Shown piece by piece: positions 42,858 to 55,147 of a stretch of 64,000 nt of DNA. The notes under the pieces were generated by a model that saw only the letters and a list, made by a program, of their open reading frames with translations, had not been told where the DNA came from and searched no databases. This DNA comes from Flectonema sp. DT1601. Lineage: Eukaryota. Position 1 is the stretch's first letter; every line of letters starts with the position of its first letter. The DNA is taken from positions 620,001-684,000 of the forward strand of contig OZ025798.1 of NCBI GenBank assembly GCA_964019425.1, in the 5' to 3' direction. Made by a program: the position numbers and the translations under genes.

Positions 42858-45857
42858 CTTTTAATTATTTTAAAGAAAAAACAATCAGTTTAGCGTCTTG
42901 ACCAGGACGGAAAATAGAAAGTGATCGACATAGTCGATCGATAAAAAAACAATGATAACATTGTTTATTCATTTTTTTTATTTTTTTTAAATTCTTATTA
43001 TTTATTTTTTAAAGAAAAAAAAACGGAAAATAAAAATTAGTCGACAAAGTCGAACGATAAAAAAAAAACAATGATAACATTGTTTATTCTTTTTTTTTTT
43101 TGTTTTTTTTTTTATATTCTTTTTTATTAATTTTGAAAAAAAAAAACAATCAGTTTAGCGTCTTGACCAGGACGGAAAATAGAAAGTAATCGACATAGTC
43201 GATCGATAAAAAAACAATGATAACATTGTTTAATCTTTTTTTTTAAATTCTTTTTATTTATTTTTTAAAGAAAAAAAACGGAAAATAGAAATTAGTCGAC
43301 AAAGTCGAACGATAAAAAAACAATGATAACATTGTTTATTCTTTTTTTTTATTTTTTTTATATTTTTTTTTAATTAATTTTGAAAAAAAAACAATCAGTT
43401 TAGCGTCTTGACCAGGACGGAAAATAGAAAGCGATCGACATAGTCGATCGATAAGAAAACAATGATAACATTTTTTATTCTTTTTTTTTATTTTAAATTC
43501 TTTTTATTTATTTTTTAAAGAAAAAAAACGGAAAATAGAAATTAGTCGACAAAGTCGAACGATAAAAAAAAACAATGATAACATTGTTTATTCTTTTTTT
43601 TGTATTTTTTTTATATTCTTTTTTATTAATTTTGAAAAAAAAAAAAAAACAATCAGTTTAGCGTCTTGACCAGGACGGAAAATAGAAAGTGATCGACATA
43701 GTCGATCGATAAAAAAACAATGATAACATTGTTTATTTTTTTTTTTTTTTAAATTCTTTTTATTTATTTTTTAAAGAAAAAAAAAAACGGAAAATAGAAA
43801 TTAGTCGACAAAGTCGAACGATAAAAAAAAAAAACAATGATAACATTGTTTATTCTTTTTTTTTTTAATTTTTTATATTCTTTTTTATTAATTTTGAAAA
43901 AAAAACAATCAGTTTAGCGTCTTGACCAGGACGGAAAATAGAAAGTGATCGACATAGTCGATCGATAAAAAAACAATGATAACATTGTTTATTCTTTTTT
44001 TTTATTTTAAATTCTTTTTATTTATTTTTTAAAGAAAAAAAAACGGAAAATAGAAATTAGTCGACAAAGTCGAACGATAAAAAAAACAATGATAACATTG
44101 TTTATTCTTTTTTTTATTTTTTTTTTTATATTCTTTTTTATTAATTTTGAAAAAAAAAAAAAAAAAACAATCAGTTTAGCGTCTTGACCAGGACGGAAAA
44201 TAGAAAGTAATCGACATAGTCGATCGATAAAAAAACAATGATAACATTGTTTATTCTTTTTTTTTTTTAAATTCTTTTTATTTATTTTTTAAAGGAAAAA
44301 AAAAACGGAAAATAGAAATTAGTCGACAAAGTCGAACGATAAAAAAACAATGATAACATTGTTTATTCTTTTTTTTTTTTTTTTATTTCTTTTTATTTAT
44401 TAAAAAAAAAAAAACAATCAGTTTAGCGTCTTGACCAGGACGGAAAATAGAAAGTGATCGACATAGTCGATCGATAAAAAAACAATGATAACATTGTTTA
44501 TTCTTTTTTTTTATTTTAAATTCTTTTTATTTATTTTTTAAAGAAAAAAAAACGGAAAATAGAAATTAGTCGACAAAGTCGAACGATAAAAAAAAACAAT
44601 GATAACATTGTTTATTCTTTTTTTTATTTTTTTTTTTATTCTTTTTTATTAACTTTGAAAAAAAAAAAACAATCAGTTTAGCGTCTTGACCAGGACGGAA
44701 AATAGAAAGTAATCGACATAGTCGATCGATAAAAAAAAAACAATGATAACATTGTTTATTCTTTTTTTTTATTTTAAATTCTTTTTATTTATTTTTTAAA
44801 GAAAAAAAAACGGAAAATAGAAATTAGTCGACAAAGTCGAACGATAAAAAAAAAACAATGATAACATTGTTTATTCTTTTTTTTTTTTTTTTATTTCTTT
44901 TTATTTATTAAAAAAAAAAAACAATCAGTTTAGCGTCTTGACCAGGACGGAAAATAGAAAGTGATCGACATAGTCGATCGATAAAAAAAAAACAATGATA
45001 ACATTGTTTATTCTTTTTTTTTATTTTAAATTCTTTTTATTTATTTTTTAAAGAAAAAAAACGGAAAATAGAAATTAGTCGACAAAGTCGAACGATAAAA
45101 AAAAAACAATGATAACATTGTTTATTCTTTTTTTTATTTTTTTTTTTATTCTTTTCTATTAATTTTGAAAAAAAAGAAAAACAATCAGTTTAGCGTCTTG
45201 ACCAGGACGGAAAATAGAAAGTAATCGACATAGTCGATCGATAAAAAAAAAACAATGATAACATTGTTTATTCTTTTTTTTTATTTTAAATTCTTTTTAT
45301 TTATTTTTTAAAGAAAAAAAACGGAAGTTTAGCGTCTCGATCAGGACGGAAAATAGAAATTAATCGACACAGTTGATCGATAGAAAAAAAAAAAAACAAT
45401 GATAACATTGTTTATTCATTTTTTTTTTTTTTTTTTTTTTTAAATCTTTTTAATTATTTTAAAGAAAAAACAATCAGTTTAGCGTCTTGACCAGGACGGA
45501 AAATAGTAAGTAATCGACATAGTCGATCGATAAAAAAAAAACAATGATAACATTGTTTATTCCTTTTTTTTTTTTTAATATTTTTTTTATTTATTTTTAA
45601 AGAAAAAACAATCAGTTTAGCGTCCTGACCAGGACGGAAAATAGAAAGTAATCGACATAGTCGATCGATAAAAAAAACAATGATAACATTGTTTATTTTA
45701 TTTTTTTTTTTTATTTTAATTCTTTTTATTTATTTTTAAAAAGAAAAAAAATGGAAAATAGAAATTAGTCAACAAAGTCGAACGATAAAAAAAAACAATG
45801 ATAACATTGTTTATTCTTTTTTTTTTTATTTTTTTTATATTCTTTTTTATTAATTTT

Positions 45858-46626
45858 CATAGATGGAAGTGCCCTACAATTTGGAGGGCGTGTAGGGCGC
45901 TTGTAGGGCGCTTTTAATATAAATATTATTTTGGAGGGCGCTTTTTTTTACCTTTTTTATTACTATAAGACAGCTAAATTGACGTCGACTTACACTGACG
46001 CACAAGTATTTTGACGCAGAAGCCAAAAAAAATTTTGACATGCTTGGCAGTCTTTCGAGAAAGAGAAAAAAGGGTGTCACGGGGTTCGAACCCGAGACCT
46101 CCAGGTCATGGTTCGGAGGTCAACAATGGCAAAAACAATGGGCCACTCCTTGAGAGCTTCCGGAGCCTGCTGCAATCCCTGAAGCTGAAACTCATTTCAG
46201 TGGACGATGCATCCCAGATCTACAAGGAGCTGATTAGCCCGCAGAATGCACCGAGTCGAATATAGAGGGATTCGAGGAGGGAGAGTGCGTTCTTGCTAAC
46301 CTGTTAATAGGCCGGTCTTCACGGTACCTTGTGAGAAAAAAAAGAAGTTTACTGGTGGCAAGTAAACTGATATCCCAGAGACGCATTTGATCGGGCGAAC
46401 TGGAGAAAAGTCAAATAAGATGCGATTCGACCCTCGCTGAGGGCAGGGGTGTGTCAAAATGAGCTCGGCATTATATTAAATTTAATTAAAAAAGCGCCCT
46501 ACGCGCCCTCCAGCGCCCTATTTTGGCCCTATTTTGGCCCTACAATGGCCCTATTTTGGCCCTACAAATTTTTGTGGCTGATTTTCACCAGGCGCCCTCC
46601 AAATTTGGAGGGCACTTCCATCTATG
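45858..46626. mobile_element. Non-autonomous TIR element, 769 bp, CATAG termini, 6-bp TSD AATTTT; superfamily uncertain (hAT- or P-like)
   Basis: Left end CATAGATGGAAGTGCCCTACAATTTGGAGGGCG versus right-end reverse complement CATAGATGGAAGTGCCCTCCAAATTTGGAGGGCG. AATTTT flanks at 45852-45857 and 46627-46632. Subterminal AGGGCG/GCCCT repeats. Confidence 0.85.
46072..46122 (-). pseudogene. 3' two-thirds of the same tRNA-Met-like cassette seen at 37085-37156
   Basis: The minus strand TGACCTCCGAACCATGACCTGGAGGTCTCGGGTTCGAACCCCGTGACACCC(TTTTTTCTCTT) nearly matches 37106-37167, including the downstream flank. Confidence 0.7.
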
Positions 46627-46992
46627 AATTTTGAAAAAAAAAACAATCAGTTTAGCGTCTTGACCAGGACGGAAAATAGAAAGTAATCGACATAGTCGAT
46701 CGATAAAAAAAACAATGATAACATTGTTTATTCTTTTTTTTTTTTTTATTTTAAATTCTTTTTATTTATTTTTTAAAGAAAAAAAACGGAAAATAGAAAT
46801 TAGTCGACAAAGTCGAACGATAAAAAAAAACAATGATAACATTGTTTATTCTTTTTTTTGTATTTTTTTATATTCTTTTTTATTAATTTTGAAAAAAAAA
46901 AAAAACAATCAGTTTAGCGTCTTGACCAGGACGGAAAATAGAAAGTGATCGACATAGTCGATCGATAAAAAAACAATGATAACATTGTTTAT

Positions 46993-47025
<33 letters not shown>

Positions 47026-49572
47026 CTTTTTATTTATTTTTTAAAGAAAAAAAAAACGGAAAATAGAAATTAGTCAACAAAGTCGAACGATAAAAAAAAC
47101 AATGATAACATTGTTTATTCTTTTTTTTTATTTTTTTTTTTTAATATTTTTTTTTATTTTGAAAAAAAAAAAACAATCAGTTTAGCGTCTTGACCAGGAC
47201 GGAAAATAGAAAGTGATCGACACAGTCGATCGATAAAAAAACAATGATAACATTGTTTATTCTTTTTTTTTATTTTAAATTCTTTTTATTTATTTTTTAA
47301 AGAAAAAAAAAAACGGAAAATAGAAATTAGTCGACAAAGTCGAACGATAAAAAAAACAATGATAACATTGTTTATTCTTTTTTTTTATTTTTTTTTTTTT
47401 AATATTTTTTTTTATTTTGAAAAAAAAAAAAAACAATCAGTTTAGCGTCTTGACCAGGACGGAAAATAGAAAGTAATCGACATAGTCGATCGATAAAAAA
47501 AAACAATGATAACATTGTTTATTCTTTTTTTTTATTTTAAATTCTTTTTATTTATTTTTTAAAGAAAAAAAAAAACGGAAAATAGAAATTAGTCGACAAA
47601 GTCGAACGATAAAAAAAAACAATGATAACATTGTTTATTCTTTTTTTTTTGTATTTTTTTTAATATTCTTTTTTATTAATTTTGAAAAAAAAACAATCAG
47701 TTTAGCGTCTTGACCAGGACGGAAAATAGAAAGTGATCGACATAGTCGATCGATAAAAAAACAATGATAACATTGTTTATTCTTTTTTTTTTATTTTAAA
47801 TTCTTTTTATTTATTTTTTAAAGAAAAAAAAAACGGAAAATAGAAATTAGTCGACAAAGTCGAACGATAAAAAAAACAATGATAACATTGTTTATTCTTT
47901 TTTTTGTATTTTTTTATATTCTTTTTTATTAATTTTGAAAAAAAAAAACAATCAGTTTAGCGTCTTGACCAGGACGGAAAATAGAAAGTGATCGACATAG
48001 TCGATCGATAAAAAAACAATGATAACATTGTTTATTCTTTTTTTTTATTTTAAATTCTTTTTATTTATTCTTTAAAGAAAAACGGAAAATAGAAATTAGT
48101 CGACAAAGTCGAACGATAAAAAAAAACAATGATAACATTGTTTTTCCTTTTTTTTTTTTTTTTTTTTTTATATTCTTTTTTATTAATTTTGAAAAAAAAA
48201 AAACAATCAGTTTAGCGTCTTGACCAGGACGGAAAATAGAAAGTGATCGACATAGTCGATCGATAAAAAAACAATGATAACATTGTTTATTCTTTTTTTT
48301 TAATTTAAATTCTTTTTATTTATTCTTTAAAGAAAAGAAACGGAAAATAGAAATTAGTCGACAAAGTCGAACGATTAAAAAAAAAAACCATGATAACATT
48401 GTTTATTCTTTTTTTTTTTTTTTTTTTTTATATTCTTTTTTATTAATTTTGAAAAAAAACAATCAGTTTAGCGTCTTGACCAGGACGGAAAATAGAAAGT
48501 GATCGACATAGTCGATCGATAAAAAAACAATGATAACATTGTTTATTCTTTTTTTTTATTTTAAATTCTTTTTATTTATTTTTTAAAGAAAAAAAACGGA
48601 AAATAGAAATTAGTCAACAAAGTCGAACAATAAAAAAAACAATGATAACATTGTTTATTCTTTTTTTTTTTTTTTTTTTTTTTATATTCTTTTTTATTAA
48701 TTTTGAAAAAAAAACAATCAGTTTAGCGTCTTGACCAGGACGGAAAATAGAAAGTGATCGACATAGTCGATCGATAAAAAAACAATGATAACATTGTTTA
48801 TTCTTTTTTTTTATTTTTTTTTTTTAAATTCTTTTTATTTATTTTTTAAAGAAAAAAAAAACGGAAAATAGAAATTAGTCAACAAAGTCGAACAATAAAA
48901 AAAAACAATGATAACATTGTTTATTCTTTTTTTTTTTTTTTTTTTTTTTTTATATTCTTTTTTATTAATTTTGAAAAGAAAACAATCAGTTTAGCGTCTT
49001 GACCAGGACGGAAAATAGAAAGTAATCGACATAGTCGATCGATAAAAAAACAATGATAACATTGTTTATTCTTTTTTTTTTTTTTTTTTTTTTAAATTCT
49101 TTTTATTTATTTTTTAAAGAAAAAAAAAACGGAAAATAGAAATTAGTCGACAAAGTCGAACGATAAAAAAAAACAATGATAACATTGTTTATTCTTTTTT
49201 TTTAATTTTTTTTTTTAATATTTTTTTTATTTTGAAAAAAAAACAATCAGTTTAGCGTCTTGACCAGGACGGAAAATAGAAAGTAATCGACATAGTCGAT
49301 CGATAAAAAAAACAATGATAACATTGTTTATTCTTTTTTTTGTATTTTTTTATATTCTTTTTTATTAATTTTGAAAAAAAAACAATCAGTTTAGCGTCTT
49401 GACCAGGACGGAAAATAGAAAGTGATCGACATAGTCGATCGATAAAAAAACAATGATAACATTGTCTATTCTTTTTTTTTTATTTTTTTTTATTTTAAAT
49501 TCTTTTTAGGGTAAAGGGGTCTTTCCTACACAAATAGTTTCAGAACTAACCATTCATTACAAAATCCAAAAT

Positions 49573-49609
49573 GGCTGTAAACCGTCCAGTTCGATCCTGG
49601 GTGAGGGCA
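49573..49609 (+). pseudogene. Truncated tRNA-like 3' fragment in the left arm
   Basis: GGCTGTAAACC (anticodon-arm-like, GTA), then the T-arm CCAGTTCGATCCTGG, GTGAGGGCA and a T run. The 5' half has been lost. Confidence 0.4.
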
Positions 49610-49628
49610 TTTTTTTTTTTTCCTGATT

Positions 49629-50105
49629 TTTTTTTCAGGTTGGACTTTGTACGGGGAGGTTGGCTTTTATTAGTGGCTCCCCCCCCTTGGGGGGGGGGCT
49701 TGCGTCCCGCCAAGAATTTGGCGGACGCAAGCCCCCCCCTTGCACTCTTCCCCAGCTTAACATCCATTAGTAGCAAACTTGTTTTTTCAGGTTGGACTTT
49801 GTACAGGGGAGGTTGGCTTTTATTAGTGGCTCCCCCCCCTTGGGGGGGGTTGGGGGGGGGGCTTGCGTTCCGCCAAGAACTTGGCGGAACGCAAGCCCCC
49901 CTTGCACTCTTCCCAGCTTAATATCCATTAGTAGCAAATTTGTTTTTTGAGGTTGGACTTTGTACGGACAGGCAGACTTTGTACGGGAGAGGTTGGCTTT
50001 TATTAGTGGCTCCCCCCCCTTGGGGGGGGGTTGGGGGGGGGGCTTGCGTTCCGCCAAGTTCTTGGCGGAACGCAAGCCCCCCCCTTGCACTATACCCCAG
50101 CTTAA
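49629..50105. repeat. Three ~155-bp GC-rich internal repeats, each with C8-TT-G8 and a long palindrome
   Basis: G(n)CTTGCGTTCCGCCAAG-NN-CTTGGCGGAACGCAAGC(n) in copies 2 and 3; slightly degenerate in copy 1. Confidence 0.9.
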
Positions 50106-50142
50106 TACCTATTCTGGGTGAAAAAATCCGGTGAAAAAAAAA

Positions 50143-50214
50143 TGACATTGGTCGGGATTGAGCCTGGGCGTCGGGTATCCAAAGTCAGTGCTCCCTCCGC
50201 TGAACCACATCCGC
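50143..50214 (-). tRNA. Degenerate tRNA-like cassette (CT-TTG-GA, Gln-like; identity uncertain) in the right arm
   Basis: The minus strand reads GCGGATGTGGTTCAGCGGAGGGAGCACTGACTTTGGATACCCGACGCCCAGGCTCAATCCCGACCAATGTCA followed by T9. It is 72 nt, with A-box TGGTTCAGCGG and a decayed B-box. Confidence 0.4.
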
Positions 50215-50720
50215 TCTTAAAGACAGGTGCGGGTCTCGATGCATCCCATATACAGTTTTTGGGTCCCCCAGCCATTTTGGATTTTGTAATGAATGGTTAG
50301 TTCTGAAACTATTTGTGTAGTAAACACTAGTTTGCCCTTCTTTTTATTTATTTTTTAAAGAAAAAAAACGGAAAATAGAAATTAGTCAACAAAGTCGAAC
50401 TATAAAAAAAACAATGATAACATTGTTTATTCTTTTTTTTTTATTTTTTTTTTTTTTAATATTTTTTTTATTTTGAAAAAAAAAAACAATCAGTTTAGCG
50501 TCTTGACCAGGACGGAAAACTCCCCACATGATTCACTTTAGTCAACAAGTTTCCCCTCGAACCCCTTTTGTATGAATCTGTTACTATGATGGAGATAGCA
50601 AAGAACTATCTCTCGCTCTTTACAACTTCGAGTAGTCTTTTTACTCCTCTTATTAAACCCCTTATCCCTACCCTTAATTATATCACCCCTCTTTGTCCTC
50701 TAGCCTCAATTCCTCCGACA

Positions 50721-51254
50721 ATGCCGCAGAGTGAAGCTCTCGACCGCACGCCGACCAAGATTTTACGACAAGAGAGTCACGTTATCTCCGTTAAAGAGAA
50801 TACACCTATTGCGAGACAATGGTCCGAGGGTAGGATTGACTTACTCGAGAATTACTGTCGAGCAGTAGATGACTCTCTCGAAACAAACGAGAAAGCGGCA
50901 GAGCTCTCAGAACAACTTCTGGATGCCCAACTTCGCCTCTCGGAGCTGAATCACCAACGGTGTACAACTCACGCAGAGCAGCTTGAGCAATCCATGATGT
51001 TAACGGGACTGGCGAGCGATTTAAATGCTCAACTCGCCTTGGCACGGTCTCAAATTGCGGCCCTGAAGTTCCAATTAGCTTCATGGGCAGAAGGTTTGAG
51101 TCCGCCAGACACAGAAGAACATGAGGAAAATGAAACTCCGCCGAGAAAGTCCGAGCGTTCAACTCTGAAAAAACGAACCCCTCCATCAAGATATCGTTAC
51201 AATCGAAGGAGATGTTCTGCTGATGACGTTCACGGTGACTCCACCCCCTTGTAA
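50721..51254 (+). CDS. Hypothetical coiled-coil protein with basic C-terminus (177 aa), part of a repeated element
   Basis: The ATG is preceded by a pyrimidine tract and AG (50702-50703). Heptad-like L/E/Q/A central region; tail RKSERSTLKKR..RYNRRR. An inverted near-identical copy lies at 58013-58546. Confidence 0.55.
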   Translation: MPQSEALDRTPTKILRQESHVISVKENTPIARQWSEGRIDLLENYCRAVDDSLETNEKAAELSEQLLDAQLRLSELNHQRCTTHAEQLEQSMMLTGLASDLNAQLALARSQIAALKFQLASWAEGLSPPDTEEHEENETPPRKSERSTLKKRTPPSRYRYNRRRCSADDVHGDSTPL

Positions 51255-52066
51255 TTCTCTTTTTCCTTACTTTCACATCACTTTGTTTATTTAGTTTTTT
51301 AGCTTATTTATTATTTATTGTTCGTTTTTGTTTGTATTATTTTATCGATATGTTTATGTCCGTCAGATCATAACGTTAATCAGGTTAATTGTTAATTGTT
51401 AATTATAAATGGTCTAAACCCCAATCCAAGTTCCCAAGGCTTGGCATAGATTTGAGTGACGCCTTACTGGCCTCCTCATCCTCTATGAGTGGTGAGGGGG
51501 CCAGCAATGGTTCTTTTTTTTTTTTTTCTCTTATTTCTTTTTTTTTCTTTTTCTTTTACTCTAATATGAAATATTTTTGAACAAAATGTGATTATTAATT
51601 TAAAAAAAAAAAAAAAAAAATAATAATGTAAATGAATAAAAAAAAAAAAAAAACATGCCTTGGGAAGAATTTCGATAAGTGGGAAGTAACGGACTGGGAG
51701 CTTTTGGCTCCTGCCCTATTCCCGATGTAAACTTTCTTTTTATTTTTATTTTTTTTTTTAACAGGCCCAAAGGGCGACAATGATGGTTGCTGACCAAGGA
51801 ATAATATTCAAATGAATTTTCGTTTCAAAGAAACGAACAGAATTGAGAGAGAGGCAGAGAAAAAAAAAAAAAAAAAAAGAAAGAATAGAAAAAAAAAAAT
51901 ATGAAGAGGAAATTATCAAACATGAAAAAAAAAAAAAAAAAAAAAAATATAAATAAAAAACGTTGTATGAAAAAGGAAAAAAAAGAAAAAAAAAGACCAG
52001 AAAAGGAAAGAGAAAATGAAAAGGTATAATATTATTGTGGGGATATGAGGATAGCAGGGAGATGCT

Positions 52067-52205
52067 CTTTTTTTTTTTTTTTTTTTTTTTTTATTTATTA
52101 TTTAAAAAAAGGAAACAATCAGTTTAGCGTCTCGATCAGGACGGAAAATAGAAATTAATCGACATAGTCGATCGATAGAAAAAAAACAATGATAACATTG
52201 TTTAT

Positions 52206-52243
<38 letters not shown>

Positions 52244-52497
52244 CTTTTAATTATTTTAAAGAAAAAACAATCAGTTTAGCGTCTTGACCAGGACGGAAAA
52301 TAGAAAGTAATCGACATAGTCGATCGATAAAAAAAAAACAATGATAACATTGTTTATTCCTTTTTTTTTTTTTTTTTTTTTGTTCTTTTCATTTATTTTT
52401 AAAGAAAAAACAATCAGTTTAGCGTCCTGACCAGGACGGAAAATTGAAAGTGATCGACATAGTCGATCGATAAAAAAACAATGATAACATTGATTAA

Positions 52498-52532
<35 letters not shown>

Positions 52533-54710
52533 TTTTAATTATTTTTTAAAGAAAAAACAATCAGTTTAGCGTCTTGACCAGGACGGAAAATAGAAAGTGA
52601 TCGACATAGTCGATCGATAAAAAACAATGATAACATTGTTTATTCTTTTTTTTTTTTTTTTTTTTTTTTTAATCCTTTTTATTATTTTAAAGAAAAAACA
52701 ATCAGTTTAGCGTCTTGACCAGGACGGAAAATAGAAAGTGATCGACATAGTCGATCGATAAAAAACAATGATAACATTGTTTATTCTTTTTTTTTTTTTT
52801 TTTTTAATTCTTTTTAATCCTTTTTATTATTTTAAAGAAAAAACAATCAGTTTAGCGTCTTGACCAGGACGGAAAATAGAAAGTGATCGACATAGTCGAT
52901 CGATAAAAAAACAATGATAACATTGTTTATTCTTTTTTTTTTTTTTTTTTTTAAATTCTTTTTATTTATTTTTAAAGAAAAAAAAACGGAAAATAAAAAT
53001 TAGTCGACAAAGTCGAACGATAAAAAAAAAACAATGATAACATTGTTTATTCTTTTTGTTTTTGTTTTTTTTTATATTCTTTTTTATTAATTTTGAAAAA
53101 AAAACAATCAGTTTAGCGTCTTGACCAGGACGGAAAATAGAAAGTAATCGACATAGTCGATCGATGAAAAAAAAACAATGATAACATTGTTTATTCTTTT
53201 TTTTTTTTTTTTTTTAAATTCTTTTTATTTATTTTTTAAAAAGAAAAAAAACGGAAAATAGAAATTAGTCAACAAAGTCGAACAATAAAAAAAAAAACAA
53301 TGAATTTCGATAAAGTGGGAAGTAACGGACTGGGAGCTTTTGGCTCCTGCCCTATTCCCGATGTAAACTTTCTTTTTATTTTTTATTTTTTTTAACAGGC
53401 CCAAAGGGCGACAATGATGGTTGCTGACCAAGGAATAATATTCAAATGAATTTTCGTTTCAAAGAAACGAACAGAATTAAGAGAGAGGCAGAGAAAAAAA
53501 AGAAAAAAAAGAAAGAAAAGAAAAAAGAAAAAAAAATATGAAGAGGAAATAATCAAACATGAAAAAAAAAAAAAAAAATATATAAATAAAAAAACGTTGT
53601 ATGAAAAAGGAAAAAAAAAATAAAGACCAGAAAAGGAAAGAGAAAATGAAAAGGTATAATATTATTGTGGGGATATGAGGGATAGCAGGGAGATGCTCTT
53701 TTTTTTTTTTTTTTTTATTTTTTTTTTTTTATTTATTATTTAAAAAAAAAGGAAACAATCAGTTTAGTGTCTCGATCAGGACGGAAAATAGAAATTAATC
53801 GACATAGTCGATCGATAGAAAAAAAAACAATGATAACATTGTTTATTCTTTTTTTTTTTTTTTTTTTTTTTTTAAATCCTTTTAATTATTTTAAAGAAAA
53901 AACTTCCGTTTAGCGTCTTGACCAGGACAGAAAATAGAAAGTAATCGACATAGTCGATCGATAAAAAAAAAACAATGATAACATTGTTTATTCCTTTTTT
54001 TTTTTTTTTTTTTTTTTTAACTTTTTATTTATTTCTTAAAGAAAAAACAATCAGTTTAGCGTCCTGACCAGGACGGAAAATAGAAAGTAATCGACATAGT
54101 CGATCGATAAAAAAAACAATGATAACATTGTTTATTCCTTTTTTTTTTTTTTTTTTTATTTATCTTTTTATTTATTTTTTAAAGAAAAAACAATCAGTTT
54201 AGCGTCCTGACCAGGACGGAAAATAGAAATTAGTCGACAAAGTCGATCGATAAGAAACAATGATAACATTGTTTATTCATTTTTTTTTTTTTTTTTTTTT
54301 TATATTCTTTTTATTAATTTTTAAAAAAAAAAAAAAAATCAGTTTAGCGTCTTGACCAGGACGGAAAGTAGACAGTAATCGACAAAGTCGATCGATAAAA
54401 AAAACAATGATAACATTGTTTATTTCTTTTTTTTTTTTTTTTTTTTTTATATCTTTTATTTATTTTTTAAAGGAATAAACAATCAGTTTAGCGTCTTGAC
54501 CAGGACGGAAAATAGAAATTAGTCGACAAAGTCGATCGATAAGAACCAATGATAACATTGTTTATTCATTTTTTTTTTTTTTTTTTTTTATTCTTTTTAT
54601 TTATTTTTTAAAGAAAAAAATAATCAGTTTAGCGTCTTGACCAGGACGGAAAATAGAAATTAGTCGACAAAGTCGATCGATAAAAAAAAACAATGATAAC
54701 ATTGTTTATT

Positions 54711-54744
<34 letters not shown>

Positions 54745-55111
54745 TCTTTTATTTATTTTTAAAGAAAAAACAATCAGTTTAGCGTCTTGACCAGGACGGA
54801 AAATAGAAATTAGTCGACAAAGTCGATCGATAAGAAACAATGATAACATTGTTTATTCTTTTTTTTTTTTTTTTTTTTTTTATTCTTTTTATTTATTTTT
54901 TAAAGAAAAGAAAACGGAAAATAGAAATTAGTCGACAGAGTCGATCGATAAAAAAACAATGATAACATTGTTTATTCTTTTTTTTTTTTTTTTTTTTTTA
55001 TTCTTTTTATTTATTTTTAGAAAAACAATCAGTTTAGCGTCTTGACCAGGACGGAAAATAGAAATTAGTCGACAAAGCCGATCGATAAAAACAATGATAA
55101 CATTGTTTATT

Positions 55112-55147
<36 letters not shown>

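Larger units (their letters stand above)
42680..49508 (+). repeat. Main satellite array (mostly alternating A/B dimers of roughly 220-240 bp), interrupted by 45858-46626
   Basis: Continuous tandem monomers with variable poly-A/poly-T linkers. Confidence 0.95.
49509..50337. mobile_element. Non-autonomous Mutator-like element, 829 bp, ~67-bp TIRs, 9-bp TSD TTCTTTTTA
   Basis: GGG(T/C)AAA...CTACACAAATAGTTTCAGAACTAACCATTCATTACAAAATCCAAAATGGC is present at both ends. The TSD is at 49500-49508 and 50338-50346. Confidence 0.88.

Noticed and set aside
32986..50214. Functional tRNA genes
   Set aside because: Acceptor and some other stems fail to pair in all copies. They are kept only as tRNA-like cassettes, and the isotype labels are tentative.
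32862..50337. Fanzor/TnpB or transposase genes within the TIR elements
   Set aside because: No RuvC- or DDE-like ORF is visible. All four elements are short and non-autonomous, so any RNA-guided role is unsupported here.
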